DNA of 64,000 nucleotides from Candidatus Doudnabacteria bacterium (GCA_038203095.1 JBBREH010000002.1:5904-69903); one strand, 5' to 3'. Counted from the stretch's first letter, positions 10,315 to 19,637 are shown. Notes: generated by a model not told the origin, from the sequence alone. Numbers and translations are program-made.

Positions 10315-11272
10315 TTTCCGCGAAGCGCCACAAATTATTTAAATCCTTATAAAATTTTACGTCTGCCTTTGGCAGATATTTTTTTATCAGCTCATGCAAT
10401 TCCGCCTTTTGACGAGGGTCAAACTCCAAATATATTAATTTTGGCAGATGTTTTCGCTCTGCAATTTGTTGTAATAAACGTCTAATTTCATACAGGCCGC
10501 TTTCCTTTGTAAATAGGGCCTGTTTTGGCTCAAATTTTAAACCGATTGTTGCGGCTGATGTGTTATTTTTCCATTGATTCCAGCCATAAGGAAGATTGGC
10601 AATAATCATATCAAAATCTCCTTTAATTTTTTGCAGCAAATCTGATTTTATAAACTCTAATCTCCCATACACTGGAGTATGGGAGATAGGGGTTAAAATA
10701 TTTTTTGCATTTTGCTTTGCCACTTTAAGGGCGGATGGCGAAATATCAGATGCAGTCACTTTAATCTTTAATCTTAAATCTTTAATCTTTTTCGTAAGCG
10801 ATATTGCAATACACCCGCTCCCGGTGCCAAGGTCGAGGATTTTGATGGACAAACCGCGGAGCATCCTTCCCTTAAAAAGGGAAGGTGTACCGCTTTGGCG
10901 GGACGGAAGGGTTGGAGTCTTAATCGAAACTTCTCCAACCACCTCCCCGCCCTGCGGGCGGTACTCCTCCTTAAAAAGGAGGAGAGACTGCACAACTCGC
11001 TCCACCAGCAACTCCGTCTCGGGGCGAGGGATTAACACATTTTTATTAACCATAAACCTTAGCCCATAAAAATCCCTATACCCCAAAATATACGCCACCG
11101 GCTCACCTCGAAGTCGCCGCTTTGCCATTAGTGTTAATCTGTTGACTTGTATCCGTGTTAATCTGTTTTCCCCATTCATATACAAAAATTCCTTGGATTT
11201 TCCAAGGACATCTGCCAGTAACAACTCGATTTCTATCGAGGAATATTTTTTTAAAATTTTATTTACCGTCAT
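10292..11272 (-). CDS. prmC: Release-factor glutamine N5-methyltransferase PrmC/HemK. Carries in-frame repeat insertions (GC-rich hairpin block and an AATCTTAAATC repeat).
   Basis: LDLGTGSGCIAISL SAM-binding motif and N(L)PY motif (IIANLPYG). Sits next to prfA. About 45 extra residues (LLFKEEYRPQGGEVVGEVSIKTPTLPSRQSGTPSLFKGRMLRG) are encoded by a GC-rich palindromic block. Confidence 0.8.
   Translation of the reverse strand: MTVNKILKKYSSIEIELLLADVLGKSKEFLYMNGENRLTRIQVNRLTLMAKRRLRGEPVAYILGYRDFYGLRFMVNKNVLIPRPETELLVERVVQSLLLFKEEYRPQGGEVVGEVSIKTPTLPSRQSGTPSLFKGRMLRGLSIKILDLGTGSGCIAISLTKKIKDLRLKIKVTASDISPSALKVAKQNAKNILTPISHTPVYGRLEFIKSDLLQKIKGDFDMIIANLPYGWNQWKNNTSAATIGLKFEPKQALFTKESGLYEIRRLLQQIAERKHLPKLIYLEFDPRQKAELHELIKKYLPKADVKFYKDLNNLWRFAEITPWPVL
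10861..11035. repeat. GC-rich palindromic (RPE-like) insertion block inside the prmC coding sequence; in-frame with no stop
   Basis: Three perfect hairpins in an otherwise AT-rich gene: cttccctt-aaaa-agggaag, ccgccc-tgc-gggcgg and ctcctcc-ttaaaaa-ggaggag. Both antisense frames are also open, which gives the spurious ORFs 10596..11069 and 10774..10995. Confidence 0.6.
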
Positions 11273-11907
11273 AAATCAAAATCAATATCAAGAACCGGCT
11301 CTTGGCCTGGCTTAAGTTTTTCACTGGTAACGATACTTACCAAGTAGCCTGCCTTGTACTTCACCTCAACCTTACCGTACCCGAGATGCAGTCTTTGCCA
11401 AATCCAATAATTATCTTTCACCTCTTTTCTGGCCTGTGGTTCAGTAACACTACCGTCATTTAACCCTTTAACTAGTTTCTCGCGTATGCCCAATAGTTGC
11501 TGTTTTGTTCTTTCATTGCTAACTTCCGTAAAACGTTTGAAACCTTCGGGTAAATTTTTTGCAAAAATTGATCTTAATTGTAAACTAATACCTTTACCTT
11601 TTAAATCCGAATGGGTCAGACGTGCGTAATTTGTTACAATCTGATTCTTTTCCGGATTAAACCCTACGCTAAGATAATTTTCCTCTACTAGGTAGCCCTC
11701 GTACTCAATTTTCCATTCATATTCAGGAAATTGTTTTTGATACTTAGGCTGAGCCAACAAATCTTTATTAACCCTAAGTCTTATTTCCTTTGGGGGTTGC
11801 TCGGTATTATTCAGCTTCAAACCATTAAAATGCGCAAGATAACTGTCCACAAGCTGTATTTTGTGGTTATAAATTTGTTCTGCGCTTGGTTCTATATCAA
11901 TACTCAT
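11269..11907 (-). CDS. Hypothetical protein between prfA and prmC (possible GNAT-like motif LKGKGIS)
   Basis: Translationally coupled position between prfA and prmC; no confident family. Confidence 0.4.
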   Translation of the reverse strand: MSIDIEPSAEQIYNHKIQLVDSYLAHFNGLKLNNTEQPPKEIRLRVNKDLLAQPKYQKQFPEYEWKIEYEGYLVEENYLSVGFNPEKNQIVTNYARLTHSDLKGKGISLQLRSIFAKNLPEGFKRFTEVSNERTKQQLLGIREKLVKGLNDGSVTEPQARKEVKDNYWIWQRLHLGYGKVEVKYKAGYLVSIVTSEKLKPGQEPVLDIDFDL

Positions 11908-11908
11908 A

Positions 11909-12973
11909 CTAATTCTTTAATGCTTCCTTTTTTGCTATTAAATCGGCCTTTTGCAAGGCTTCGGAAATATCGGCAAATTTGCCTTCCATTATTAAATTTA
12001 TTTGGTTAAAATTTTGATTAATGCGATGGTCGGTCACACGATCCTGGGGAAAATTATAGGTGCGGATTTTTTCCGACCTGTCCCCGGTGCCAATTTGAGA
12101 TTTGGTTAAGTCGCGAACTTTTTTGCTTTCTATTTCTTCATAGTATGCTGCCACACGAGCACGAATGACTGACAATGCCTTTTCACGGTTTTGTGCCTGA
12201 CTACGCTCGTCCTGGCACTGCGCTATAATTCCGGTGGGAATGTGAACAATGCGAATAGCAGAGTAGGTAGTATTAACACTCTGTCCGCCCGCGCCGGAAG
12301 AAGTAGTGGCTTCTATTTTTAAATCTTTTTCCGCAATTGCATAATCTTTTTCAGCCAATTCCGGCAACACCGCCACGGTAATTGTGGAAGTATGTACCCG
12401 GCCGGACTTTTCAGTGTCCGGCACGCGCTGTACTCTATGCACTCCGGATTCATATTTAAACTTAGAGTATGGACTTGGAAGCTTAGCGCTAAAAATTTCA
12501 AAAATTATTTCTTTAAAACCTCCTGCCTCTGACTTGGAAGAGGAAACAATATGAATTTTCCACTTATTTTCATCGGCAAACTTACCATACGCTCTAAACA
12601 TTTCCGCAACAAATAATGTAGCTTCGTCGCCTCCGGCGCCGGCACGGATTTCCATAATGCAATTCTTGTCGTCGTACGGGTCTTTAGGCAACAATGCATT
12701 TTCAATTCCAGATTGGAGATTTAAGATTTCGAATTCAAGACGACGAGCTTCATCAAGCGCCATAGATCTAATTTCAGCATTCTCATCGCTCAAAAGTTTT
12801 TTATTTTCATCTAACTCATTAGTTTTTAATCCTAACTCAGTTATTTTTTCAACCACCGGCGCTAATTCCGCCTGTCTCTTACCTAATTTAGCCATATCCA
12901 AGTTACCACCCAGCGACATTGTTTGGGTAAGCTGATTGTACTCGTCTAGAATTTTTTGAAAAATGTTATCCAT
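11909..12973 (-). CDS. prfA: Peptide chain release factor 1
   Basis: GGQSVNTT (GGQ motif), RF1-type PxT tripeptide region (VPDTE), conserved SGVHRVQRVP. Confidence 0.9.
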   Translation of the reverse strand: MDNIFQKILDEYNQLTQTMSLGGNLDMAKLGKRQAELAPVVEKITELGLKTNELDENKKLLSDENAEIRSMALDEARRLEFEILNLQSGIENALLPKDPYDDKNCIMEIRAGAGGDEATLFVAEMFRAYGKFADENKWKIHIVSSSKSEAGGFKEIIFEIFSAKLPSPYSKFKYESGVHRVQRVPDTEKSGRVHTSTITVAVLPELAEKDYAIAEKDLKIEATTSSGAGGQSVNTTYSAIRIVHIPTGIIAQCQDERSQAQNREKALSVIRARVAAYYEEIESKKVRDLTKSQIGTGDRSEKIRTYNFPQDRVTDHRINQNFNQINLIMEGKFADISEALQKADLIAKKEALKN

Positions 12974-13100
12974 AAATTAGCGTTTTGTCGGTAGTTATTT
13001 ATTCACTTTTTGGCTAACCACTAAATACTAGCGGCTACTTACTATATTAACACAAAACCGCGCCAAAATGGAGCGGTTATGGTTATTTTTATGGTTATAG

Positions 13101-13361
13101 TTATTTCTTGGCTCTGGCTTTGCGCTCCTTCTTTACCTTAACCACGGCTTTAACGGCCACAGCGGCGGCGGTGCGCTTTTTAAACTTGTCAACGTTTCCT
13201 GCCGCGTCAAGCAACTTTTGCTTACCGGTATAATACGGGTGGCAGTTGCTGCAAATTTCTGTATGAAGCTCTTTTAAAGTAGAGCCGGTGGCAAAAGTAT
13301 TACCGCAAGCGCAAGTGACAACTGCATTGGTATTAAATTGGGGATGAATGGTAGGCTTCAT
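13101..13361 (-). CDS. rpmE: 50S ribosomal protein L31 with Lys/Ala-rich C-terminal extension
   Basis: MKPTIHP...CACGN...[13 protein letters not shown] is the L31 zinc-ribbon signature. Confidence 0.85.
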   Translation of the reverse strand: MKPTIHPQFNTNAVVTCACGNTFATGSTLKELHTEICSNCHPYYTGKQKLLDAAGNVDKFKKRTAAAVAVKAVVKVKKERKARAKK

Positions 13362-13614
13362 AAATTTTAAAATTTCTATTTAATTTCTATAAATTTCCGT
13401 TTATTTCTTTACTATTTTGAAATAAGCTAAAATTAAATAGAAATATATTGAAATAAATTATACTTCAATATTTTATCCCATCTTGCCAATTTCGTCAAGC
13501 CCTGTTATAATAAGCGGACTATAAATTAATCAAACATATCCCGCATATCTACCTGTCTAAGCAAGCCTGAGGGCTTTTCTTTGGACCCGCGGGATAGAAG
13601 GAAAGGTTAAGATA

Positions 13615-14346
13615 ATGAAAGACGTCACACTTTTAGAGCTGCTCAAAAGCGGAGCGCACTTTGGACATACCACCTCACGCTGGAACCCCAAAATGAAACC
13701 GTATATTTTTACTGTTCGCAATAACATCCATATTTTGGATTTGGAACAAACCAAAAAAGCCTTGGAAAAAGCCTGCAAATTTGCCAAAGAGCTTTCGGGC
13801 AAGGGCGGCACGCTTTTGTTTGTCGGTACCAAGCGCCAAAGCAAAGAAATTTTAAAAGCTGCTGCTGTCTCTTGCGGCATGCCCTATGTTAATGTGCGTT
13901 GGTTGGGTGGCAGTTTTACCAACTTTAAAACTATCCAGAAAACCATTCGCAAAATGGAAAAATTGGAAGGCCAAAAAGCCTCAGGCGAATTGGAAAGCCA
14001 TTACACCAAAAAAGAACGCTTAATGGTTGAACGTGAAATTGAAAAGCTAAAAAAATTATTCGAGGGCATCCAGGGAATGAAAAAACTTCCTGATGCGATT
14101 TTTGTCACAGACGTAAAACACGACGCTATTGCTGTTACAGAGGCCAAAAAAAGTAAAGTTAAAATTATTGGCCTTATAGACACCAACTGTAGCCCGGACA
14201 AAATCCAGTATCCCATCCCCTCCAACGACGATGCCACAAAAGTTATTGAACTTATGTGCACCGCGATTGCCGAAGCGGTCAACGAAGGCAAAAGCGCTAT
14301 GACCGTGGTAAAAGAGGCAGCCACCACAACTGTAGAAACAAAATAA
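13615..14346 (+). CDS. rpsB: 30S ribosomal protein S2
   Basis: LLKSGAHFGHTTSRWNPKM...IFVTDVKHDAIAVTEA are S2 hallmarks. Confidence 0.9.
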   Translation: MKDVTLLELLKSGAHFGHTTSRWNPKMKPYIFTVRNNIHILDLEQTKKALEKACKFAKELSGKGGTLLFVGTKRQSKEILKAAAVSCGMPYVNVRWLGGSFTNFKTIQKTIRKMEKLEGQKASGELESHYTKKERLMVEREIEKLKKLFEGIQGMKKLPDAIFVTDVKHDAIAVTEAKKSKVKIIGLIDTNCSPDKIQYPIPSNDDATKVIELMCTAIAEAVNEGKSAMTVVKEAATTTVETK

Positions 14347-14480
14347 TTATTAACCACTAATCACAAATTAAATTATCCACAAATCACAAATAAGAACAAA
14401 TACTGCAAATCTATAAATTTGCCTATTTGCATCTCAGTGATTTGTGAGTATTTGTGTGATTGGTAATTTGTGGAGAACTT

Positions 14481-15062
14481 ATGTCCAACGATATCCTTAA
14501 AGAAATCCGAGAACTCACCGGCGCCGGCATTTTAGAAATTAAAAATGCATTGGGCGAAGTAAATAACGACAAAGAAAAAGCCATAGAACTTCTTAGAAAA
14601 AAAGGCATTGCCAAAGCCGGAAAAAAAGCTGACCGCCTAGCCAAAGAGGGGATTATAGAAGCTTATATCCACCCCGGCTCAAGAATAGGCGCATTGGCAG
14701 AAGTTAACTGCGAAACAGACTTTGTGGCCAGAACCGAAGACTTTAAAGCCTTAGTCAAAGACTTGGCTTTGCACATTGCCGCGGCCAACCCACTATATGT
14801 GTCAATTGCCGATGTTCCGACGGAAGTCGTAGAAAAAGAAAAGGAAATTTACAAGGATCAAGTAAAAGGGAAACCCGAAGATGTAGTCAATAAAATTTTG
14901 GAAGGCAAAATTGCCAAATACTACGAAGAAACCTGCCTAATGGAACAGCCCTATGTAAAAAATGCCGACATTAAAATTAAAGACCTGGTCTCAGCCGCGG
15001 CTGCTAAAATGGGGGAAAACGTGGTGATAAAAAGATTCGCCCGATTTGTTTTGGGGAATTAA
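14481..15062 (+). CDS. tsf: Elongation factor Ts (short form)
   Basis: MSNDILKEIRELTGAGILEIKNAL...ETDFVAR; GGAG RBS before the internal ATG at 14481; classic rpsB-tsf order. Confidence 0.85.
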   Translation: MSNDILKEIRELTGAGILEIKNALGEVNNDKEKAIELLRKKGIAKAGKKADRLAKEGIIEAYIHPGSRIGALAEVNCETDFVARTEDFKALVKDLALHIAAANPLYVSIADVPTEVVEKEKEIYKDQVKGKPEDVVNKILEGKIAKYYEETCLMEQPYVKNADIKIKDLVSAAAAKMGENVVIKRFARFVLGN

Positions 15063-15123
15063 TTAAAAGTGATATAATAAAATATATCTTTAATTCCAAA
15101 TTAACAATTTCCAATTCCTAATC

Positions 15124-15927
15124 TTGGGGCTCAAATTGGATATTGGAAATTGGATATTGGAAATTCCTCCCTTGTCCTTCCAAATTATCCCCAATCTCAT
15201 ATTTATTTTATCAATTCTAGGGATTTTTGTAATTGTCCTTAGGCATTTGCCGGATGCGGCAGTTGAATCGGAAGAATCAAACACAAATATTCAACCACAT
15301 ACTAGGCTTTTAGCCAAAGGACTCCCTGCCCAAGCAATATCTAAAATCAGAGTTAGTGCAACATTTACGGTTAAAAAATTTTGGTTTTTTATTTTAGAGG
15401 CCAAAGATCTTAGACCTCATTCCGCTGCCGGTTATAAAATAAAAAAAATGTTTACCAGCCGGCTTACCAAACCCAAAGCTTTACCTGTGCCTCTGCAACA
15501 ATTAGTTAATCCTAAAAATGAGCAATTTTATCTTGACCAAATAAAAATTGAGCCTAAGAATCTTAAACTTTACGATGACTTAGGAAAATATTATTTAGAG
15601 CAGGAAAATTTAAATGATGCTAGAGATATTTACCATTATTTAGTTAACCACGAACCGGCCAATCCGGATTTCCATGCGCGCTTAGGATTTTGCTTCTTCA
15701 AAAGTCAAAATTACGAGAAAGCTGCCCAAGCTTACGGTAAAGCCATTGCCCTTGATTCTACCCAGCCAAACAGGTATTATAACTTAGGCTTAAGCCAGGA
15801 AGCTGCCGGCGAACTAGATGATGCCGAAAGAGCGTTTAAAAAGGCTCTGGAACTAGAACCGCAAAATCCCAAATATTTGTACTCTTTAGAAAAGCTCGCG
15901 AATTCACGATTAACAATTCACGATTAA
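15124..15927 (+). CDS. TPR-repeat protein with N-terminal TM segment (start uncertain)
   Basis: C-terminal half contains canonical TPR units (AAQAYGKAIALDSTQPNRYYNLG..., AERAFKKALELEPQNPKY). Confidence 0.5.
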   Translation: MGLKLDIGNWILEIPPLSFQIIPNLIFILSILGIFVIVLRHLPDAAVESEESNTNIQPHTRLLAKGLPAQAISKIRVSATFTVKKFWFFILEAKDLRPHSAAGYKIKKMFTSRLTKPKALPVPLQQLVNPKNEQFYLDQIKIEPKNLKLYDDLGKYYLEQENLNDARDIYHYLVNHEPANPDFHARLGFCFFKSQNYEKAAQAYGKAIALDSTQPNRYYNLGLSQEAAGELDDAERAFKKALELEPQNPKYLYSLEKLANSRLTIHD

Positions 15928-16023
15928 CAATTAACTTCCTCTTTGAACTTAAATTACGAAACAATGAAATTTTAATCCTCCTGTTAATCGCCAATTGTTA
16001 ATGGTTAGTTGTTATTACTACCC

Positions 16024-16099
16024 GCCCACTTAGCTCATTTGGCAGAGCAGCTCCATGGTAAGGAGCAGGTGATCAGTTCGAATCTGATAGTGGGCTCCA
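16024..16099 (+). tRNA. tRNA-Thr (anticodon GGU), CCA encoded
   Basis: Hand fold: acceptor GCCCACT/AGTGGGC, D-arm TAGCTCATTTGGCAGAGCA, anticodon stem GCTCC/GGAGC with loop ATGGTAA, T-arm ATCAG-TTCGAAT-CTGAT. The ORF 16009..16242 over it is spurious. Confidence 0.8.
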
Positions 16100-16135
16100 T
16101 CTCACAACTTAAAGACATTCCACTAGGGAATTTAT

Positions 16136-16156
16136 GGGCTGCGCTTAGCGCAGCCC
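16136..16156 (+). terminator. Hairpin gggctgcgc-tta-gcgcagccc immediately after tRNA-Thr
   Basis: Perfect 9-bp stem followed by T-rich tract. Confidence 0.4.
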
Positions 16157-16302
16157 ATTGTGTTTGTGGGGTGAAATCAATTTTTTTGTTTTTCAAAGAG
16201 AGGTTCGAACCAAAGACTTTTTGGGCAAAGAGTTTTTTCTAATAAAAATTTCAAAAAAATAAGATTCTCACTTTGAATGAGGTTTAATTTTCTGATACAC
16301 AT

Positions 16303-16740
16303 TTATTTACTTTCTAAAATTAAATTAGTTAAGTAAAAAGTTACAGGCGTAAGCACTAATAGCTGTAAAAAGGGCATTAAACCTATTGATGTAAAAGGCA
16401 ATAGGGGCATTGAAGACAAATAGTACCACTTTCCTGAGGCAAGGGCAAAATATTCTATGCCAAAAGCTGTAACTGCTCCGAATCCTGCCGTAAGAGCAAA
16501 GTTTGCCATTTTATTTTTTTTGAACCACAGAATATCTTTACGTAAAGCTGCAATTATAAAATAAAAGGTTGCTATGGCAAAAGCATCTCCAATACTCGCT
16601 ACAAAACACATCCAAAAATGATGAGAAAAATTAGTAAACCCAGCATATAAAGGCGCTTGAAGATTTTCCCAGACTAGATTAAGTCCAAAACCAATTCCAA
16701 ATACTTCAAATAAAGTTTTTAATAATAACTTGTTTTGCAT
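16303..16740 (-). CDS. Hypothetical small membrane protein (4 TM)
   Basis: Hydrophobic profile only. Confidence 0.4.
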   Translation of the reverse strand: MQNKLLLKTLFEVFGIGFGLNLVWENLQAPLYAGFTNFSHHFWMCFVASIGDAFAIATFYFIIAALRKDILWFKKNKMANFALTAGFGAVTAFGIEYFALASGKWYYLSSMPLLPFTSIGLMPFLQLLVLTPVTFYLTNLILESK

Positions 16741-16966
16741 ACCTATTTTTTAATCTACTGGAATAAAGTTAATAATATAGCGAGTGAGGTTTTTAAAGTT
16801 GACAATTATATCTTGCCCAAGCTGAGTATTTCAACTTCCGGTTTAAGATGCTGGTGTTTTCTTTGATAACTTAATCAAACTAAAAGTACGGAATTTATAC
16901 TGTAATTAACCTTTACTTTAACACAAGTTATATAGATATGCCATAAATTCCAATATAAATAGGGAA

Positions 16967-17497
16967 TTGAATAAAATACAAACCATAAATTTTAAAGAGT
17001 TTTTACTGTATAATAAAAGAATGCCTCACCTAATTATCTTTGGAGCGCAATATCTCTATTTAGTTATTATAGCCATTGCTGTAATTTACTTTTTTATACA
17101 ACCCCGATTAAGGCAAAAGGACATTGCTTTATTTTGTCTTTTTGCATTACCTTTAATGTATATTGGGTTAAAAATTTCAGCGTCGCTATATTTTGACCCA
17201 AGACCTTTTGTAATAGGACACTTTACCCCTTTAATTGCCCATACTTCTGATAATGGTTTTCCGTCTGACCATGCTCTATTAACGAGTGCTATTTCATCTG
17301 TAATATTTTTCTTTAATAAAAAGGTTAGCGGGGGACTTTGGGTATTAACCATTTTAGTTGGAATTTCTCGGGTAATGGCAGGACTACATCATACTGTAGA
17401 TATAGTAGGGGCTATGACTATCTCTATAATAGTCGCCTTTGTGGTAGATTATGTCCTTAGACACTCCAAGGTTATTGATTACAAAAATAATTTTTAA
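16967..17497 (+). CDS. PAP2-family phosphatase (undecaprenyl-diphosphatase/phosphatidic acid phosphatase type)
   Basis: All three PAP2 motifs: FDPRPF (KxxxxxxRP-like), FPSDHA (PSGH) and SRVMAGLHHTVD (SRxxxxxHxxxD). Confidence 0.6.
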   Translation: MNKIQTINFKEFLLYNKRMPHLIIFGAQYLYLVIIAIAVIYFFIQPRLRQKDIALFCLFALPLMYIGLKISASLYFDPRPFVIGHFTPLIAHTSDNGFPSDHALLTSAISSVIFFFNKKVSGGLWVLTILVGISRVMAGLHHTVDIVGAMTISIIVAFVVDYVLRHSKVIDYKNNF

Positions 17498-17559
17498 TAA
17501 TTTAGGTCTTTGGTTAAATATGGAAATATAACTACGTCAGTCTTCATGAAAATTTCATC

Positions 17560-18255
17560 TTGTCCATTCAAACTATATTTATGAGAATCCTAATTATTGA
17601 AGATCAAGAAAAATTAGCAAAGAGCCTTAAAAAGGGTTTAGAACAAAAAGGCTATGTTGCTGACTATCTTTTAGATGGCGATGCCGGCCAGCGCCGCATT
17701 GAGATGAAGGAAAAGGATTATGACGCCGTAATTCTTGATTTAATGTTGCCCAAACGAAATGGGGTAGATGTCTGTAAAAATTGGCGTAATCAGAGCATCT
17801 CAATCCCTGTGCTTATGCTTACTGCCAAGGATGCCTTGCCGGACAAAATCCTCGGGCTTGACTGTGGTGCTGATGATTACATGGTTAAGCCTTTTAGCCA
17901 CGAGGAACTTACTGCCAGGCTTAGGGCTTTGCTGCGGAGGCCAAAACAAACTTTGCCTGCAAATTTAAATGTTGGCGACTTGCTGTTAAATCCTTCAAAA
18001 AAAGTTATAACCTGCAAAGGCATTGAACTTTCTTTAACCGCAAAAGAGTTTGTACTGCTGGCATATTTTATGCGCAACAAAAACGTGGTACTTAGCAAAG
18101 AACAAATATTAGAACACGTCTGGAATTACGATGCTGACTCCTTTTCAAATATTGTAGATGCACATATAAAAAACCTGAGGAAAAAATTAAGTAAAGTCCA
18201 TTATGAACACGTACTACAAACCGTTCGGGGAATGGGTTACCAGCTTAAGGTTTAA
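17560..18255 (+). CDS. OmpR-family response regulator (true start probably 17581, MRILIIED)
   Basis: Receiver domain (IIEDQ...DAVILDLMLP) and winged-helix C-terminal domain (VHYEHVLQTVRGMGYQL). Confidence 0.85.
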   Translation: MSIQTIFMRILIIEDQEKLAKSLKKGLEQKGYVADYLLDGDAGQRRIEMKEKDYDAVILDLMLPKRNGVDVCKNWRNQSISIPVLMLTAKDALPDKILGLDCGADDYMVKPFSHEELTARLRALLRRPKQTLPANLNVGDLLLNPSKKVITCKGIELSLTAKEFVLLAYFMRNKNVVLSKEQILEHVWNYDADSFSNIVDAHIKNLRKKLSKVHYEHVLQTVRGMGYQLKV

Positions 18256-19222
18256 TCCTTTCCAAAAGGCTCGAATTAAATTAACCGCATTTTATATATT
18301 AATGCTTGTGGTTATTTTGTGCGTATTCAGTTTTACTTTGTACTTTGCTTTAGCACAGAACCTTAGAGGAGATTTAGACGGCGAAATTACAGACGAATCT
18401 GCCCAAGTAAGAGTAATTAACCAAACTATCAATCACTTAAAAACTACCATAATTATTGCAGATGCAGGAGTATTATTGTTAATAAGCGCTTTAAGTTTTT
18501 ATTTAGCAGGCAAGACATTGCGCCCTATTGAAGAAGCTCTTTTAGCCCAGCAGCAGTTTAGCGCCGACGCCTCTCACGAATTTCGTACTCCTCTATCAAT
18601 TATGAAAAGCGAATTTGAGGTTGCCTTGGAAAACAACCATATAAGCTCGGGAGAGGCCAAGGTGTTAATTAAAAGCAGTTTAGAGGAAGTTAACCACATG
18701 TCCGGTATGGTTGACCAGCTTTTAAAATTATCCCGCAGTGAGAACCATAAAACAACTTTTGAGAAGACGGCTGTTGATTTAGGGGAAATAGTTAAAACAG
18801 CCGTAAATAAAATGCAAAAGCTCGCGCAAAATAAAGGAACAGATTTAACCGTGGAAAATATCTCCGGCAGTAAAATTTTAGGCAACTCCGGCGCATTGCA
18901 AGAAATGGTTTTGAACTTATTACAAAATGCCATTGATTACACTCCAGCTGGCGGTAGTGTGACAGTTACTATTAAGTCGTTAACAAAATCCTGTAGCCTT
19001 ATAATTCAAGATACCGGTATTGGCATTGATTCCAAAGACTTACCGCATATTTTTGAACGTTTCTACAAAGCCGATAACGCAAGAAGCCTACGTTCTAATA
19101 GTTCGGGTTTGGGGCTTTCCATTGTTTATGACATTGTCCAAAAACATAATGCTAAAATAAAGATAATCAGCAATATAAATAAAGGTACTACGGTTACTGT
19201 TATTTTTTCAGCATTTTTCTAA
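18203..19222 (+). CDS. Sensor histidine kinase, partner of the preceding regulator
   Basis: H-box SHEFRTPLS, N/G boxes (LLQNAIDYTPAGGSV, DTGIGI, GLGLSIV); two N-terminal TM helices. Confidence 0.8.
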   Translation: MNTYYKPFGEWVTSLRFNPFQKARIKLTAFYILMLVVILCVFSFTLYFALAQNLRGDLDGEITDESAQVRVINQTINHLKTTIIIADAGVLLLISALSFYLAGKTLRPIEEALLAQQQFSADASHEFRTPLSIMKSEFEVALENNHISSGEAKVLIKSSLEEVNHMSGMVDQLLKLSRSENHKTTFEKTAVDLGEIVKTAVNKMQKLAQNKGTDLTVENISGSKILGNSGALQEMVLNLLQNAIDYTPAGGSVTVTIKSLTKSCSLIIQDTGIGIDSKDLPHIFERFYKADNARSLRSNSSGLGLSIVYDIVQKHNAKIKIISNINKGTTVTVIFSAFF

Positions 19223-19358
19223 CTGTGGACAAGTTTTTTATAATATAATTTTATATAGCTTAATTAAGCTGTCTTTTTTTATACCTCTTCACGTTCATTT
19301 CATCCGCCATTGTTAAAGTATATATATGAGAAAAATTAACTAAGAAAGGAACAAAAAA

Positions 19359-19637
19359 ATGAACATAAGAATAAAAGCCGCTGCACTCTTGTCTGCTGGC
19401 GCAATAGTCGCAACTGCTGGAGCAATTGCTCTACAAACCCATGCCCAACAGGGCCCTACTCAGCCTGTTACACATGTGCAGAATCAGGCTACACAAACTC
19501 CGGCAGTTGTTTCAACTACAACTGGCGATAAAGTAACGCCTCAGGATACTGACAATATCCAAGACCCGGGTAATAGTGAAAAGCCGGATGCGCCGGACGC
19601 CACCGAAGTAAAGGGCGTGGATGCAAACGATAACTAA
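19359..19637 (+). CDS. Small secreted protein with signal peptide; hypothetical
   Basis: MNIRIKAAALLSAGAIVATAGA signal peptide; T/Q/P-rich mature part. Confidence 0.4.
   Translation: MNIRIKAAALLSAGAIVATAGAIALQTHAQQGPTQPVTHVQNQATQTPAVVSTTTGDKVTPQDTDNIQDPGNSEKPDAPDATEVKGVDANDN

Noticed and set aside
10596-11069. ORFs 10596..11069 (+) and 10774..10995 (-)
   Set aside because: They are open frames created by the GC-rich block antisense to or inside prmC. prmC is the conserved frame.
16009-16242. 77-aa ORF on + strand
   Set aside because: It overlaps the hand-folded tRNA-Thr(GGU) and its downstream hairpin, so it is not coding.
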